From NCBI GenBank assembly GCA_964352425.1, contig CAYGRZ010000006.1, positions 1 through 44,485 on the forward strand: a DNA stretch of 44,485 nt. The letters run 5' to 3'. The position numbers and the translations under genes were made by a program. This DNA is from an uncultured Planctomycetia bacterium. GTDB taxonomy: Bacteria; Omnitrophota; Gorgyraeia; 2-01-FULL-45-10. Within the stretch, counting starts at the first letter, position 1. Each line of letters begins with the position of its first letter. Under the pieces are notes generated by a model. The model saw only the letters and a list, made by a program, of their open reading frames with translations, did no database searches and had not been told where the DNA came from. Positions 9,656 through 19,700 of this stretch are shown here, piece by piece.

Positions 9656-12600
9656 ATGTTTATATCTGATATCAGATATGGCAGGTTATTAAAGGCTATA
9701 GCGGCAGCGGTAGTGTGTACATTTTTGGTTAATGATATAGCCTGGGCAGACTCGCCTCCCGATTTATTTAATCCTTTACAAAGTGCCACACTTGCCCCGG
9801 AGTCCCGACTTAAGTCCTTCTTCGAAAGACATGGCTTAGATTTCAAAAATACCGCCACAGTAATGTTGGCTGCCGGACAACTGCGAAATATGATTGCAAC
9901 CGGTGGCGCAGGACAGGGCAACATTATGAGATTGAATCAATTGTTTAGTGGCGGCGAAGTAGAAATAGAGAAAGATATCAAACAAGGTAATCTTAGATGC
10001 TCCGGCAGGACATATGATTACGCCGTATTTCACTTCAAAAAAAAGAACAAGACAGTCAATGCGCTATTCATTAAGGACTATGACAAGCTTACTGATGATG
10101 AGCTGAGAGAGTTTGGAGTAAAGACTGCCGAAGATAAGCGGTATTTCAATTCTTCGGAGAATCCTGCCTTAAAGGGAGTATGGTTTAAAACGCAACAAGA
10201 CATATGGTCGGAGCGCGCCGCGGAGGTTGTAGAAAACGCGCGTAATTGCATCATAGGCGATATTAGAGATTTTGACCCGCAGGTTGCGCAAAAGAAAGAG
10301 TCCTTCCTGGCTATCCTTTATCATGCCGCGCAGGAAAGGCTTGATAGCATCGCGAGTAAAACGGCGAAGGGAAAACTAAAAATCTTCGCGCGGATGAACC
10401 TGATGAACCTATCGCCGGAAAAACAAAGCGGAGAGCTCGATTACCCTGATGAGGAAATTAAGGTGGTATTGATGACCAGCACTGCTAACCCGCTGACCTG
10501 GGGGCACATCCTGACCCCTTTAGTTGCCATGGACGAACTTAATGCCGATTTTATAGTTCTGCAGGCGCATGGGAAGATGGAGCACAAAGAAAAACTTTAT
10601 CCTTCTGAACGCGTTTCCGTAGCGCATCGCCACCATATGGTACGGGAATCGATCGACAGATTGTCCCCTCTTATGCGTTATACGGATTTAGGAAGCGAAG
10701 ACGATGATTCGCTTGAAGCAGCCGCGCAAATGCACCGCCTTTTAGCGTTAAATCCTAACCGCAAGGTACATATTTTCTTTCTTATTGGAGCGGAAAGTGA
10801 AGCAAGGATGAACAAATACATTCGTCAGCACTATCAGATGTTTAAGGAGAATAATTTCGGTCACAACCCGAACCATAAAATAACCTTTACTGTTACACAA
10901 AGAGGCGAATATGGCAAGCGGGTTACCCTCGAAGAGCTGCTTGCCATATCCCGCCAAGCGCAGAAAGAGCTAGCTTGCGAACAGTTTCTTGATATCGCCC
11001 TGATCCAGCACCCCCATATGGATCTGGGGGTAGCTTCGACCTATTACCGTGTTACGCAGGACGGCGCTTTTGTGCCAAAACCGGTGCATGAATTCTCAAA
11101 GCGTTTTGGTTATTACGGCCATTCACCCATAGATCCACTAACCGGAAAGCCGTTTTATTCCCAGGAAGAATCTTTCAGGAAGAAGATTGGTCCTGTGGCG
11201 AAAGAATTGGCCGCAATGATATATGCAAAAATTAAGGCGGGAATCGCCGGCGATACTCCATTTGTATCTGTGGACGGAGGCTCAGGCTCCGGGAAAAGCA
11301 CTCTCGGAGCAGAAGTCGCAAAGATTCTCTCCGAAGAATACGGCCTTGAATCCAGGATTATAGGTTTTGATATGTGGCTTAAAGACAGGAAATGGCGGAT
11401 AGCGATACAGAAGTTAGTTAAAGGCGACAGGCTAACTTCGGAAGAAATGAAAATTGCAGGAGAATTGATAAACAGAATTAAGCCTAGAGAGATATTTTTC
11501 GGTGAAGAAGGATTTTTTAAGAATGAGGAGATCTTAGCAACTGTAAAGGAATTGGATAACTGGCGAAATTCTTCTTCCGATACGCATACCATGGCCGTTA
11601 AAGACGCTTATATCCGCGAAAAGGGCACAAGGGAAGACGTGTCTATAGGTTTAAAAAAAGGGCAGGTAATAATTTTTGACGGCAAATACGCGAATACCGA
11701 AGAGCTCCAACCGTATTACGATCTGCGTTTTCGTTTGCATGATTCCCCTGACCGCACCGAGGCGCGTTTTCAGATCCGTTCAAGGAAATATAACCCGGAC
11801 GATGCCGATATCCAGGTAGTTTTTTATAAGCTGGCATTGATACCTTCGTATGAGGCTTATGACAAAAGGACAGAATCTAAAATTCACGGGTTTATTGATC
11901 TTAGGGAGGAGGGGAACTGGTTTTTGGAAACCAATTCCGCCGTCTATGCGCTTCCGGATCCGCTTGATTATCCCCCTGAAAAGTTCAGCCGTGTTTTCGT
12001 TGAGTCTGTATATAAGAATTCCTTGAATGAAAAAACCAAGAAAGAGATAAGGCAGCTTTTTGGCGCTATTCAGGCAGAGAGGCTGCTTCCTAAATTGTAC
12101 AAATTTTTTGAAAATTACTTTTTTGTCAGAAAAGGGAGGTTTAACAGTCAGAATGCAGCCCCGGAGATCCGGTCGTCTTTAATGGCGATTCCAGGCTATT
12201 GTCGGGAATCTACGAAGTTCTTCAGATTTGATCATGATAAAAAAACAGTTCAGAAGTATTTTGCCAAACTGATAGACGAAAAAGTCAAAAAAAATGACCT
12301 TACAGTAACAGCGAAAAGCGTGGGTATCTCGAGCGGCGAGGAGCCTTACAGCATTGCCATGCATATTTATTACGCGATGAAGAAATATTACCAAAGTCAT
12401 AATATGCAAAAGGACGGATTTCGGACCTGGCTCTTAAAATGGAAAATAAGAGTCGAGGCCTATGACAAAGACTTGGTGAGCTTGTGTCTTGCGCGTAACG
12501 GATTATTTGATTTTCAGTATGATGAACCGTTGACCGAAAACGCAGACCCTTATTATGACAATCCTTGGCTGATAAACGGCCTTGATCCGGGCGAGACATG

Positions 12601-13615
12601 GAGTAAAAGAGCAGCTCAAGGCATGATGTTGCCGTTCAGGGAGCCCGCCCTAAACGCTCTTAAGGCAAGCGGACGCAGTAAGTTTGATTTTGCTTTTCAG
12701 GCTGATCCTATAATAAGGGGTTGGATCAAGCCGATCTATGTTAATATAAGAAGCCGAGATGATATGCCGATACTTACCCGCACAAAGGCAAATGTTGTAA
12801 TTGTGGGTTACCTAAATGGTTCAAGGATGCTTGGCGATGAAAACCGCTATATTGAAGATGATTTAAAAAAAGCAGTCGATACCGATTATCCCGCCCTGTT
12901 GTGTTTTGGGGATACCGAGGTTGGAAAAGCGGGTGTAAACCCGCAAAAGAGGCCGTACTTGGAAAATACTCCTTTTAATTTGGTGCGTGATGAAGAACGC
13001 AAAATTCATGCCGAAAATCTCAAATATACACCACCTGTTGCCAACAATACGGTCCTCTGCCATATTGTCGCGCCCTCAATACTGCCAGAAGGCCAGAGAG
13101 GTATGCTGAATAGGCTCGATAGCGGAATGAGAAGCCGGAAATATATTGAAAAGATGCTCGAGCTTAAGACTGACGGTTCCGGTGATTTTATAGAGCAGAT
13201 AAAGGATACAATGCAGAGAACGCAAAAGATATACGAGAAAGCTTACGGTAAAGATTACGTCAATTACACGTTTAAATTTGACATCGCCTGTCCAAACCTG
13301 GATCTTGTAAGAAGAGTCCAGGTCGAATTGGGCCTGCCAGCCCTTGCGTTCGCTCCGGAAGAAGGCGGGGGCAACATGGTCCAGGCGGAAAATATCATGC
13401 TTGCATTAAGGGCCCTCCGTATATCCATGGAAACAAACGATATTCAAATCCTTATCAATGCCTATGTTTTTATTACCGGGAATAGGGCAGGTTCGGGGAT
13501 TAAAAATATTGCCAAATTTACCAGGACCAAGTTGTTCGCTATGCCGAAAGTGAATGTCGATGAACTCGGCAGAATCAACGCCTTAATTGAAAAAAATATC
13601 AAGACCGCAGCGTAA
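9656..13615 (+). CDS. Large modular protein B: conserved N-domain, HxGH-type (NadD-like) nucleotidyltransferase, uridine-kinase-like P-loop domain, CheR-like methyltransferase, conserved C-domain
   Basis: STANPLTWGHI (about 10477-10509), VSVDGGSGSGKST (about 11263-11302), SVGISSGEEPYSIAM (about 12317-12361). Termini homologous to gene A; ends NIKTAA. Visibly more AT-rich than the housekeeping genes. Confidence 0.9.
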   Translation: MFISDIRYGRLLKAIAAAVVCTFLVNDIAWADSPPDLFNPLQSATLAPESRLKSFFERHGLDFKNTATVMLAAGQLRNMIATGGAGQGNIMRLNQLFSGGEVEIEKDIKQGNLRCSGRTYDYAVFHFKKKNKTVNALFIKDYDKLTDDELREFGVKTAEDKRYFNSSENPALKGVWFKTQQDIWSERAAEVVENARNCIIGDIRDFDPQVAQKKESFLAILYHAAQERLDSIASKTAKGKLKIFARMNLMNLSPEKQSGELDYPDEEIKVVLMTSTANPLTWGHILTPLVAMDELNADFIVLQAHGKMEHKEKLYPSERVSVAHRHHMVRESIDRLSPLMRYTDLGSEDDDSLEAAAQMHRLLALNPNRKVHIFFLIGAESEARMNKYIRQHYQMFKENNFGHNPNHKITFTVTQRGEYGKRVTLEELLAISRQAQKELACEQFLDIALIQHPHMDLGVASTYYRVTQDGAFVPKPVHEFSKRFGYYGHSPIDPLTGKPFYSQEESFRKKIGPVAKELAAMIYAKIKAGIAGDTPFVSVDGGSGSGKSTLGAEVAKILSEEYGLESRIIGFDMWLKDRKWRIAIQKLVKGDRLTSEEMKIAGELINRIKPREIFFGEEGFFKNEEILATVKELDNWRNSSSDTHTMAVKDAYIREKGTREDVSIGLKKGQVIIFDGKYANTEELQPYYDLRFRLHDSPDRTEARFQIRSRKYNPDDADIQVVFYKLALIPSYEAYDKRTESKIHGFIDLREEGNWFLETNSAVYALPDPLDYPPEKFSRVFVESVYKNSLNEKTKKEIRQLFGAIQAERLLPKLYKFFENYFFVRKGRFNSQNAAPEIRSSLMAIPGYCRESTKFFRFDHDKKTVQKYFAKLIDEKVKKNDLTVTAKSVGISSGEEPYSIAMHIYYAMKKYYQSHNMQKDGFRTWLLKWKIRVEAYDKDLVSLCLARNGLFDFQYDEPLTENADPYYDNPWLINGLDPGETWSKRAAQGMMLPFREPALNALKASGRSKFDFAFQADPIIRGWIKPIYVNIRSRDDMPILTRTKANVVIVGYLNGSRMLGDENRYIEDDLKKAVDTDYPALLCFGDTEVGKAGVNPQKRPYLENTPFNLVRDEERKIHAENLKYTPPVANNTVLCHIVAPSILPEGQRGMLNRLDSGMRSRKYIEKMLELKTDGSGDFIEQIKDTMQRTQKIYEKAYGKDYVNYTFKFDIACPNLDLVRRVQVELGLPALAFAPEEGGGNMVQAENIMLALRALRISMETNDIQILINAYVFITGNRAGSGIKNIAKFTRTKLFAMPKVNVDELGRINALIEKNIKTAA

Positions 13616-13687
13616 TTACAATATAATCCCACTATCACCCTTTACAAAAATCACCAATCTGCTACAATATCCACATCTATAACTATA

Positions 13688-13732
13688 GAGATTGCTTCGG
13701 CTCGCTGCCTTCGGCAGCGGCCTCGCAATGAC
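13688..13732. repeat. REP-like palindromic element GAGATTGCTTCG...CTCGCAATGAC
   Basis: Outer arms ATTGC/GCAAT; inner perfect 7-bp hairpin CGCTGCC-TTC-GGCAGCG (13703-13719). Lies between a TTTACA-16-TACAAT promoter (13641-13668) and the yjbQ RBS. Confidence 0.7.
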
Positions 13733-13748
13733 GGAGGAGAGGCTTACC

Positions 13749-14165
13749 ATGAAATCCCACACCGAATATCTCTGGATGAATACGAAAGAGCGCTACGCGA
13801 TCGTAAATATCACACCCCAGGTCGAAGACGCCGTGAAGAAGAGCGGCGTGCAGGAGGGACTCTGCCTGGTCAACTCGATGCACATCACCTCGAGCGTCTT
13901 CATCAACGACAACGAGGCGGGCCTGCACCGGGATTTCATCGAGTGGCTCGAGAAGCTGGCGCCGTACGGGAAGAACGCCTACAGGCATAACCTGACCGGC
14001 GAAGACAACGGCGACGCGCACCTTAAGCGTACGATCATGGGCCGCGAGGTGGTCTGTGCGGTCACCGGCGGCAAGCTCGATTTCGGGCCGTGGGAGCAGA
14101 TCTTTTACGGCGAGTTCGACGGCCGGCGGCGCAAGAGGGCGCTCGTAAAGATACTAGGGGAATGA
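13749..14165 (+). CDS. yjbQ: YjbQ/UPF0047 family protein (secondary thiamine-phosphate synthase-like)
   Basis: [42 protein letters not shown]; GGAGGAGAGG upstream of ATG 13749. Confidence 0.9.
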   Translation: MKSHTEYLWMNTKERYAIVNITPQVEDAVKKSGVQEGLCLVNSMHITSSVFINDNEAGLHRDFIEWLEKLAPYGKNAYRHNLTGEDNGDAHLKRTIMGREVVCAVTGGKLDFGPWEQIFYGEFDGRRRKRALVKILGE

Positions 14166-14166
14166 T

Positions 14167-14598
14167 ATGGGTTTCGCCATAAAGCTGGTAATAAATATCA
14201 TCGCGCTCTTCTTCGTCGTCAACATCGTGCCGGGCATAAGCGCTTCGAGCTGGCAGGCGCTCGTCGTCGCCGCCGTCATCATCGGGCTCCTGAACACGTT
14301 CCTGCGGCCCGTCCTGATCCTGCTGACCCTGCCGATATCCATACTCTCGATCGGCCTCTTCACCCTCGTCATAAACGGTTTCATGTTCTACCTCGCGTCG
14401 ATGGTCGTAAAAGGATTTGTCGTGGCGAGCTTCTGGAGCGCTTTCTTCGCGGCGCTTCTCTTCAGCCTAACGAGCTTCATACTGAATACCATATTCAGCA
14501 CGGGGCTCCGTATCCGGTTCGGCTCATCCGGCCGCAAGGGGCCGGACCGGAAGAAATATGATAATGTGATAGACGTCGAAGGCAAAGTCGTTGACTAA
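14167..14598 (+). CDS. YvlD/DUF360-like 4-TM membrane protein (phage holin superfamily IV annotation)
   Basis: GLLNTFLRPVLILLTLPI.ILSIGLFTLVING...GF.V.SFWSAFFAAL; C-terminal VIDVEG tail. Confidence 0.85.
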   Translation: MGFAIKLVINIIALFFVVNIVPGISASSWQALVVAAVIIGLLNTFLRPVLILLTLPISILSIGLFTLVINGFMFYLASMVVKGFVVASFWSAFFAALLFSLTSFILNTIFSTGLRIRFGSSGRKGPDRKKYDNVIDVEGKVVD

Positions 14599-14611
14599 CA
14601 GGAGGGTCGCT

Positions 14612-15010
14612 GTGGGAACATTCATCAAACGAATACTGATCGCAGCCGTCGTCATCGTTGCACTCATCTTCATCTACCGCATCGCATTCGTCAGGACCGT
14701 CAATTATGAGATAGGCGGCATCAAGATACCGTCGAAATATAACGCGCTCACCGGCACAGTCACGCCGATACTGAACTACAAGGGCAGGGACATCAAAAAG
14801 ACCGTCGTGGACCGGAAGGCGGGCAATATAGGCCTGTCCGGCGAAGAGGTGACGCTCGCGCAGTTCAGGTGGGCGTTGTTTGAGCAGTGGGTGAAGGCGC
14901 AGCCGCAATACAGGGGATGGGAATCGAATCCGGTCATATTCAAAAAGGCAAACGACGGCTTCCGTAAGGTGACGGAAGCTTCCGGCACGCAGGTTAAAAT
15001 AGTCAAATAG
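14612..15010 (+). CDS. Hypothetical membrane-anchored protein
   Basis: AGGAGG 6 nt before GTG 14612; N-terminal KR followed by hydrophobic helix ILIAAVVIVALIFIY. Confidence 0.75.
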   Translation: MGTFIKRILIAAVVIVALIFIYRIAFVRTVNYEIGGIKIPSKYNALTGTVTPILNYKGRDIKKTVVDRKAGNIGLSGEEVTLAQFRWALFEQWVKAQPQYRGWESNPVIFKKANDGFRKVTEASGTQVKIVK

Positions 15011-15017
15011 ATTTGTA

Positions 15018-15046
15018 TTTACTCTCTGCCTGCTTAGTAGTATAAT
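15018..15046 (+). promoter_or_regulatory. Putative sigma70 promoter, probably leaderless
   Basis: TTTACT, 17 nt, TATAAT (15041-15046), 8 nt, ATG 15055; no Shine-Dalgarno. Confidence 0.55.
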
Positions 15047-15054
15047 TTTGCCTG

Positions 15055-16605
15055 ATGATTAAGCAGTCCGCACTACCGATCACGCGGGTCGGTTTCGATA
15101 ACGAAAAGTACCTGAAAGAGCAGACCGCCGCGATCGTCGATCGTGCCGATAAATTCGACTCAAAGCTCTACCTCGAGTTCGGCGGAAAGCTCTGCTTCGA
15201 CTACCACGCCGCGCGCGTCCTTCCGGGTTATGACCCCAACGTCAAGATACGCCTCCTGCAGCATCTGAAAGACAAGGTCGAGATCGTGCTGGCCATCTTC
15301 GCGGGCGACATCGAGAAGGGGAGGGTCCGCGGCGACTTCGGCATCACCTACGATGCGGCCACGTTCAAACTGATCGATGACCTCAGGAAGTGGGGCCTCG
15401 ACATATCATCGGTCGTGATAACCAGATTCGCGAACCAGCCGTCGGCGGTCATATTCAAGAACAAGCTCGAGCGCCGCGGCGTCAAGGTCTGCCTGCACTA
15501 TCCGATAGACGGCTACCCGACGAGTGTGGACCACGTGGTCAGCGACAACGGCTTCGGCAGGAACGGTTATATCGAGACGAAGAAACCGATCGTCGTCGTC
15601 ACCGCGCCCGGCCCGAACAGCGGCAAGCTCTCGGTCTGCCTTTCGCAGCTCTACCACGAGCATAAGCGCGGCATCAACGCCGGCTACGCGAAGTTTGAGA
15701 CGTTCCCGATATGGAACCTGCCGCTCAAGCATCCCGTCAATATCGCATACGAGGCAGCGACCGCGGACATCCTCGACTTCAACCTCGTTGACCCGTTCCA
15801 TCTGGCCAAGTACAACGAGACCTCGATAAATTACAACCGTGACGTCGAGTGCTTCCCGATACTAAAGCTCATCCTCACGCGGATACTCGACTCGAGGGCC
15901 GCCGGCCTGCCGGTCTATAATTCTCCGACGGATATGGGCGTCAACCGCGCGGGTTTCGGCATCGTCAATGACGAGGTGGTCTGTGCAGCGTCGAAACAGG
16001 AGTTCATCCGCAGGTACTTCCGCTATAACCAGGAATACGTCCTCGGTATCGAGAAGAAAGAGGCTGTCGATCGCGTCGCGATGCTGATGGAGGAAACGGG
16101 GGTCAAGGTCACCGACAGGGCAGTCGTCGCCGTCGCCAGGAAAGCGGCTGAAGACGCCGAGCGCAACGGAAAGGGGCATGCCGGGATCTTCTGCGGCGCG
16201 GCGCTGCAGCTGAAGGATGGCCTGACCATAACGGGGAAGAACTCGACATTGATGCACGCCGCTTCGAGCCTCATCCTGAACGCCCTCAAGACGCTGGCAA
16301 AATTACCCGACGAAATATTGCTGATATCTCCTCAGATCATCAACCAGATCAACACCCTGAAAGAGGACGTGCTCAAAGGCGAACCCGAAAGCCTCGACCT
16401 CGAAGAGGCGCTCATAGCGCTGTCCATAAGCGCCACCACGAACCATACGGCCGAGCTGGCTATGAAAAAGCTGATCGAACTGCGCGGCTGCGAGATGCAC
16501 ATGACCCACATACCGACGCCGGGGGATGAGGTAGGCCTGAAAATGATAGGCGTAAACCTCACCACCGATGGAAAATTCTCCTCCCACAATCTCTTCATAA
16601 CCTGA
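15055..16605 (+). CDS. DUF1846 / UPF0371 family protein
   Basis: GFDNEKYL, KLYLEFGGKL..DYHAARVLPG, TAPGPNSGK, GYAKFETFPIWNLPLKHPVNIAYEAATAD, SPTDMGVN. Confidence 0.9.
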   Translation: MIKQSALPITRVGFDNEKYLKEQTAAIVDRADKFDSKLYLEFGGKLCFDYHAARVLPGYDPNVKIRLLQHLKDKVEIVLAIFAGDIEKGRVRGDFGITYDAATFKLIDDLRKWGLDISSVVITRFANQPSAVIFKNKLERRGVKVCLHYPIDGYPTSVDHVVSDNGFGRNGYIETKKPIVVVTAPGPNSGKLSVCLSQLYHEHKRGINAGYAKFETFPIWNLPLKHPVNIAYEAATADILDFNLVDPFHLAKYNETSINYNRDVECFPILKLILTRILDSRAAGLPVYNSPTDMGVNRAGFGIVNDEVVCAASKQEFIRRYFRYNQEYVLGIEKKEAVDRVAMLMEETGVKVTDRAVVAVARKAAEDAERNGKGHAGIFCGAALQLKDGLTITGKNSTLMHAASSLILNALKTLAKLPDEILLISPQIINQINTLKEDVLKGEPESLDLEEALIALSISATTNHTAELAMKKLIELRGCEMHMTHIPTPGDEVGLKMIGVNLTTDGKFSSHNLFIT

Positions 16606-16648
16606 TTAACGGATCAAATCTATCCATAAAATCCCATAAATGTGCTTC

Positions 16649-16720
16649 TGTTAGGTAATAAAAAAGCTACATATGTTTCTATTGACTTAACATGATGGTA
16701 TGGTATAATTGTACACATAT
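16649..16720 (+). promoter_or_regulatory. Conserved promoter cassette of giant gene C
   Basis: TTTCTA-TTGACT (16682-16687), 16 nt, TGg-TATAAT (16704-16709), 11 nt, ATG 16721. TTTCTATTGACTTAACATG is identical to the gene B promoter. Confidence 0.75.
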
Positions 16721-19700
16721 ATGTTAAGTAATAGTAAATTTAGGCAGCGGATATTCAAGGTTATTTGTTTAGTATTAGCCTGCGTCCTGATATTAAATGA
16801 TTTAAGTTTTGCCGCGTCTCAAAACGATCAGCATCTCGCCGCTGCCAGCCGCTTCAATTCCATACTCGGTCAAAAGAGGAATAAGCCTTTCGTTGAAGCC
16901 GCAACATTTATGGTCATCTCCTCAATCATCGGCAAATACCTGCGCGACGGTATATCCCAGTACACGTTGATCCCCTGCATCAAACATCGGATATCCAAGA
17001 CCGAGCTTGCATGGGCCAGGGAGAAAGACCCTCTTCTCGCAGGATGCGCTATAGACGAGCTGTCATTCCGCGCGGACGAAAAGGCGTTTTATCTGCCGCT
17101 CTATCGCAGGGACGCGCAGGGAAAGAGAGTAAAGGCGTACGTATATACATTTTTAATCGAGGGCGGGAGCACCGATACAGGTTGGACCATTCCGCTGGGG
17201 AATGGGACGAATGTCTATGTGAAGGTCGACGTAGTGCCGGGATATGAGCCGCCGGTCAGCCGAAAGCAGGCAGTCGAAAAGCCACAGGCAGCCGGCAGCA
17301 ATGTTGTGGCCGCCGACAGGCCCTCCGAGCCTGTAACCATCAGCGCAGCCGGGTTGCAGAACGAGATAGCCGGTATTATCGCATCAGACGGCTATCCGGC
17401 TGACAAAGTGAATCTGCGAGACTTGTTCGCATATGTAAAAGCGCACAATCCCGGAATGGTGCAGCTCGGTACGACAGAGGATGAGAAGCTCGCCATCTTC
17501 TGCCTGGCGATCTGGGGGGGCGGACAGGACACCATACGTTTTTCATTTAAGGAGACGGTGCAGCCATCAGAGATGCAGGATCTCAAACAGGGCCTGATCG
17601 CCGATCTCACCAACGATGCGAAAAAAACCCTGGATAAACTTGAACACGTCGTGCTCCGGTCGGACAGGCGTTGCGCGTTCGCCGTTGCCCAATACTACGG
17701 AGCCGGCAACACGAATATCGCCTCTCTTATGACGTGGTCGCCTCAGAAGGCCAGAGTGGCCCGGGAGTTCTTCGGGCTCTGCGTCGAACCGGAAAAACGG
17801 AGATTCGTCGGGCAATGGGAGAGGGATTACGCAAGGCATCTCTCGGGGATGTCCTCCAGAGAGCTTCAGCGCGAATGGGAGAGGGTCGGCACCATTGCCG
17901 GATATATAAATGACCCGCTCTATCTTCTTTCGGTCAACGATTGCCTGAGCGATACGTTTCAGTTCCTCCATCCGTCTTCTTTCTATGTCTTCGACACGGC
18001 ATCGGACCGCGCGGCGGTCAAACATATCGTATCTTACATCGCAAAGACGGGTATCCTGCTCGAATGGGCGTCCCGCCATTGGGGTCCAAAAGAGGCGGCC
18101 GGCTTTTCATCGCTTCCCCGCACGATAACGCCGAGCCTGAGCTATATCAAAGAAACCATCTTCCCGCGACACCTTGAAGACGGAAGCGAGGTGCCGTTCG
18201 AGAACAGGGTGGCATGCAAAGTCCTCAGCGCTCTGACCGACGCGGATGCGGAGACGATATTGGGCTCAAAGCCGGAAGATAAAGGCCCGAACGTAGCTGA
18301 AAAAGAATTCAACCGCCAGCAGGCGCGCATCTTCAGGGACGGCGGCGACGGGCCGGAGGTAGCCCGTGAAATGTTCGCTCCGGAAAGCGGTCCGCTCCGA
18401 AGCGCCGAAGAAGTATCGCCGGAATTTATCAAAAAAGATAAGCGCGGCAGGATCAGGGCGGTAAAAGACAGGTTCGGGACCGTCTGGGAAGAATACCATT
18501 ACAGAACCTTCCGGAACGTAGTGAAGCTGCGAAATTTAAAGACAGGGAAGATGGATATAAAGGTCAGGTACCCATCCGGAGAAAACGCTATCGAGGCATG
18601 CAAGGTAATGGTGAAGGGCAAATCAGCCGGTTCCGTCGATTATTACACGGACGCCAATACCATAACAACGATCCGTATAAACGACAGGGACAAGGGTGTG
18701 GGAGAAACGGTAGTGAACTGGTTCTTCAAGGCGGCCGAGAGGCGCGGCGCCTCACGCGCGGGGATATCCGGCGTCGCCAATCCTGCGCTCGACCATATAG
18801 GCAGAAAGCTCATAAAAGAACCCGCCAATATGAAGCCTGAAGAGATGGATCCGGCCGCCGTCGAATATGCGGTGATGGGAGCCGACTTTGATCCGTTCAG
18901 AAGTTCCGGAAGCGAACTCGGAACGGTAAAGGTCTCGGACGGCAAGATCGTATCATTCGACCTGCCGGCTCACCTCGTTCCGGCCCTTGACAGAGGAAGG
19001 GTTGTCGTACGCGACCGGACCTCCGGCAAAGAGGCGGATGTCGTAATACTTTACAATAAACAGAAGAGAGAGAATATCCACGGCGCACCGAATCCGATAT
19101 TCCCGGTTCTCCACCCGGACGGAGCGATAGAGCACCGGCAGGAAGGCGGAAAGGCCGATGAAATATCCGGTTCGCCAACGGTGGATGCATCCTCTCCCAT
19201 TACATCCGCCACTCAAGAAGCTAACAAGGCCGAAGAGTATTTTAGCGCGAATGGCCTCACAGGATACCCTGCATTGAAAAAAGCATTTACCTCCGAAGTA
19301 TTGGCTGCGCTCATCGACGACCCCGCGCTGCGGCCCGTGTTCCTGCAGGTGCTGCCACAAGAGAATATGGGGCCGCTCGAAATAGATGAGACAATCACAA
19401 TTGCCGGCAAAGATGTGCGGGATATCCTTGAAGAGCATAGCGTATTCCTGGTCGGCGGCGCCGATACGGCAGAGCGGTTATTGAGAGAGGGCCATAGAAT
19501 AGTAGTAGGCGTTACCGACAAGCCAAGCAGCAAAACGCTTATACCGGTGAATAAGGTAGCCAACGGCAGGCAGGCGTATTTCCCGCTTCCGGACGGCACC
19601 TGGCTTGGGATAAAAGGTGCGGGTCAATTTAACAGTGAAACAGAGCCGCCATTCTATTTCAGGAATCAGGCCGGATACCCCGAAAGGTGGGAGGCTCTCG

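Noticed and set aside
13692-13748. N-terminal extension of yjbQ
   Set aside because: It is a translation of the palindromic repeat; the RBS supports ATG 13749.
14167-14598. Holin-family gene as evidence of a prophage
   Set aside because: YvlD-like proteins are common chromosomal genes; no phage, integrase or transposase genes are in the window.
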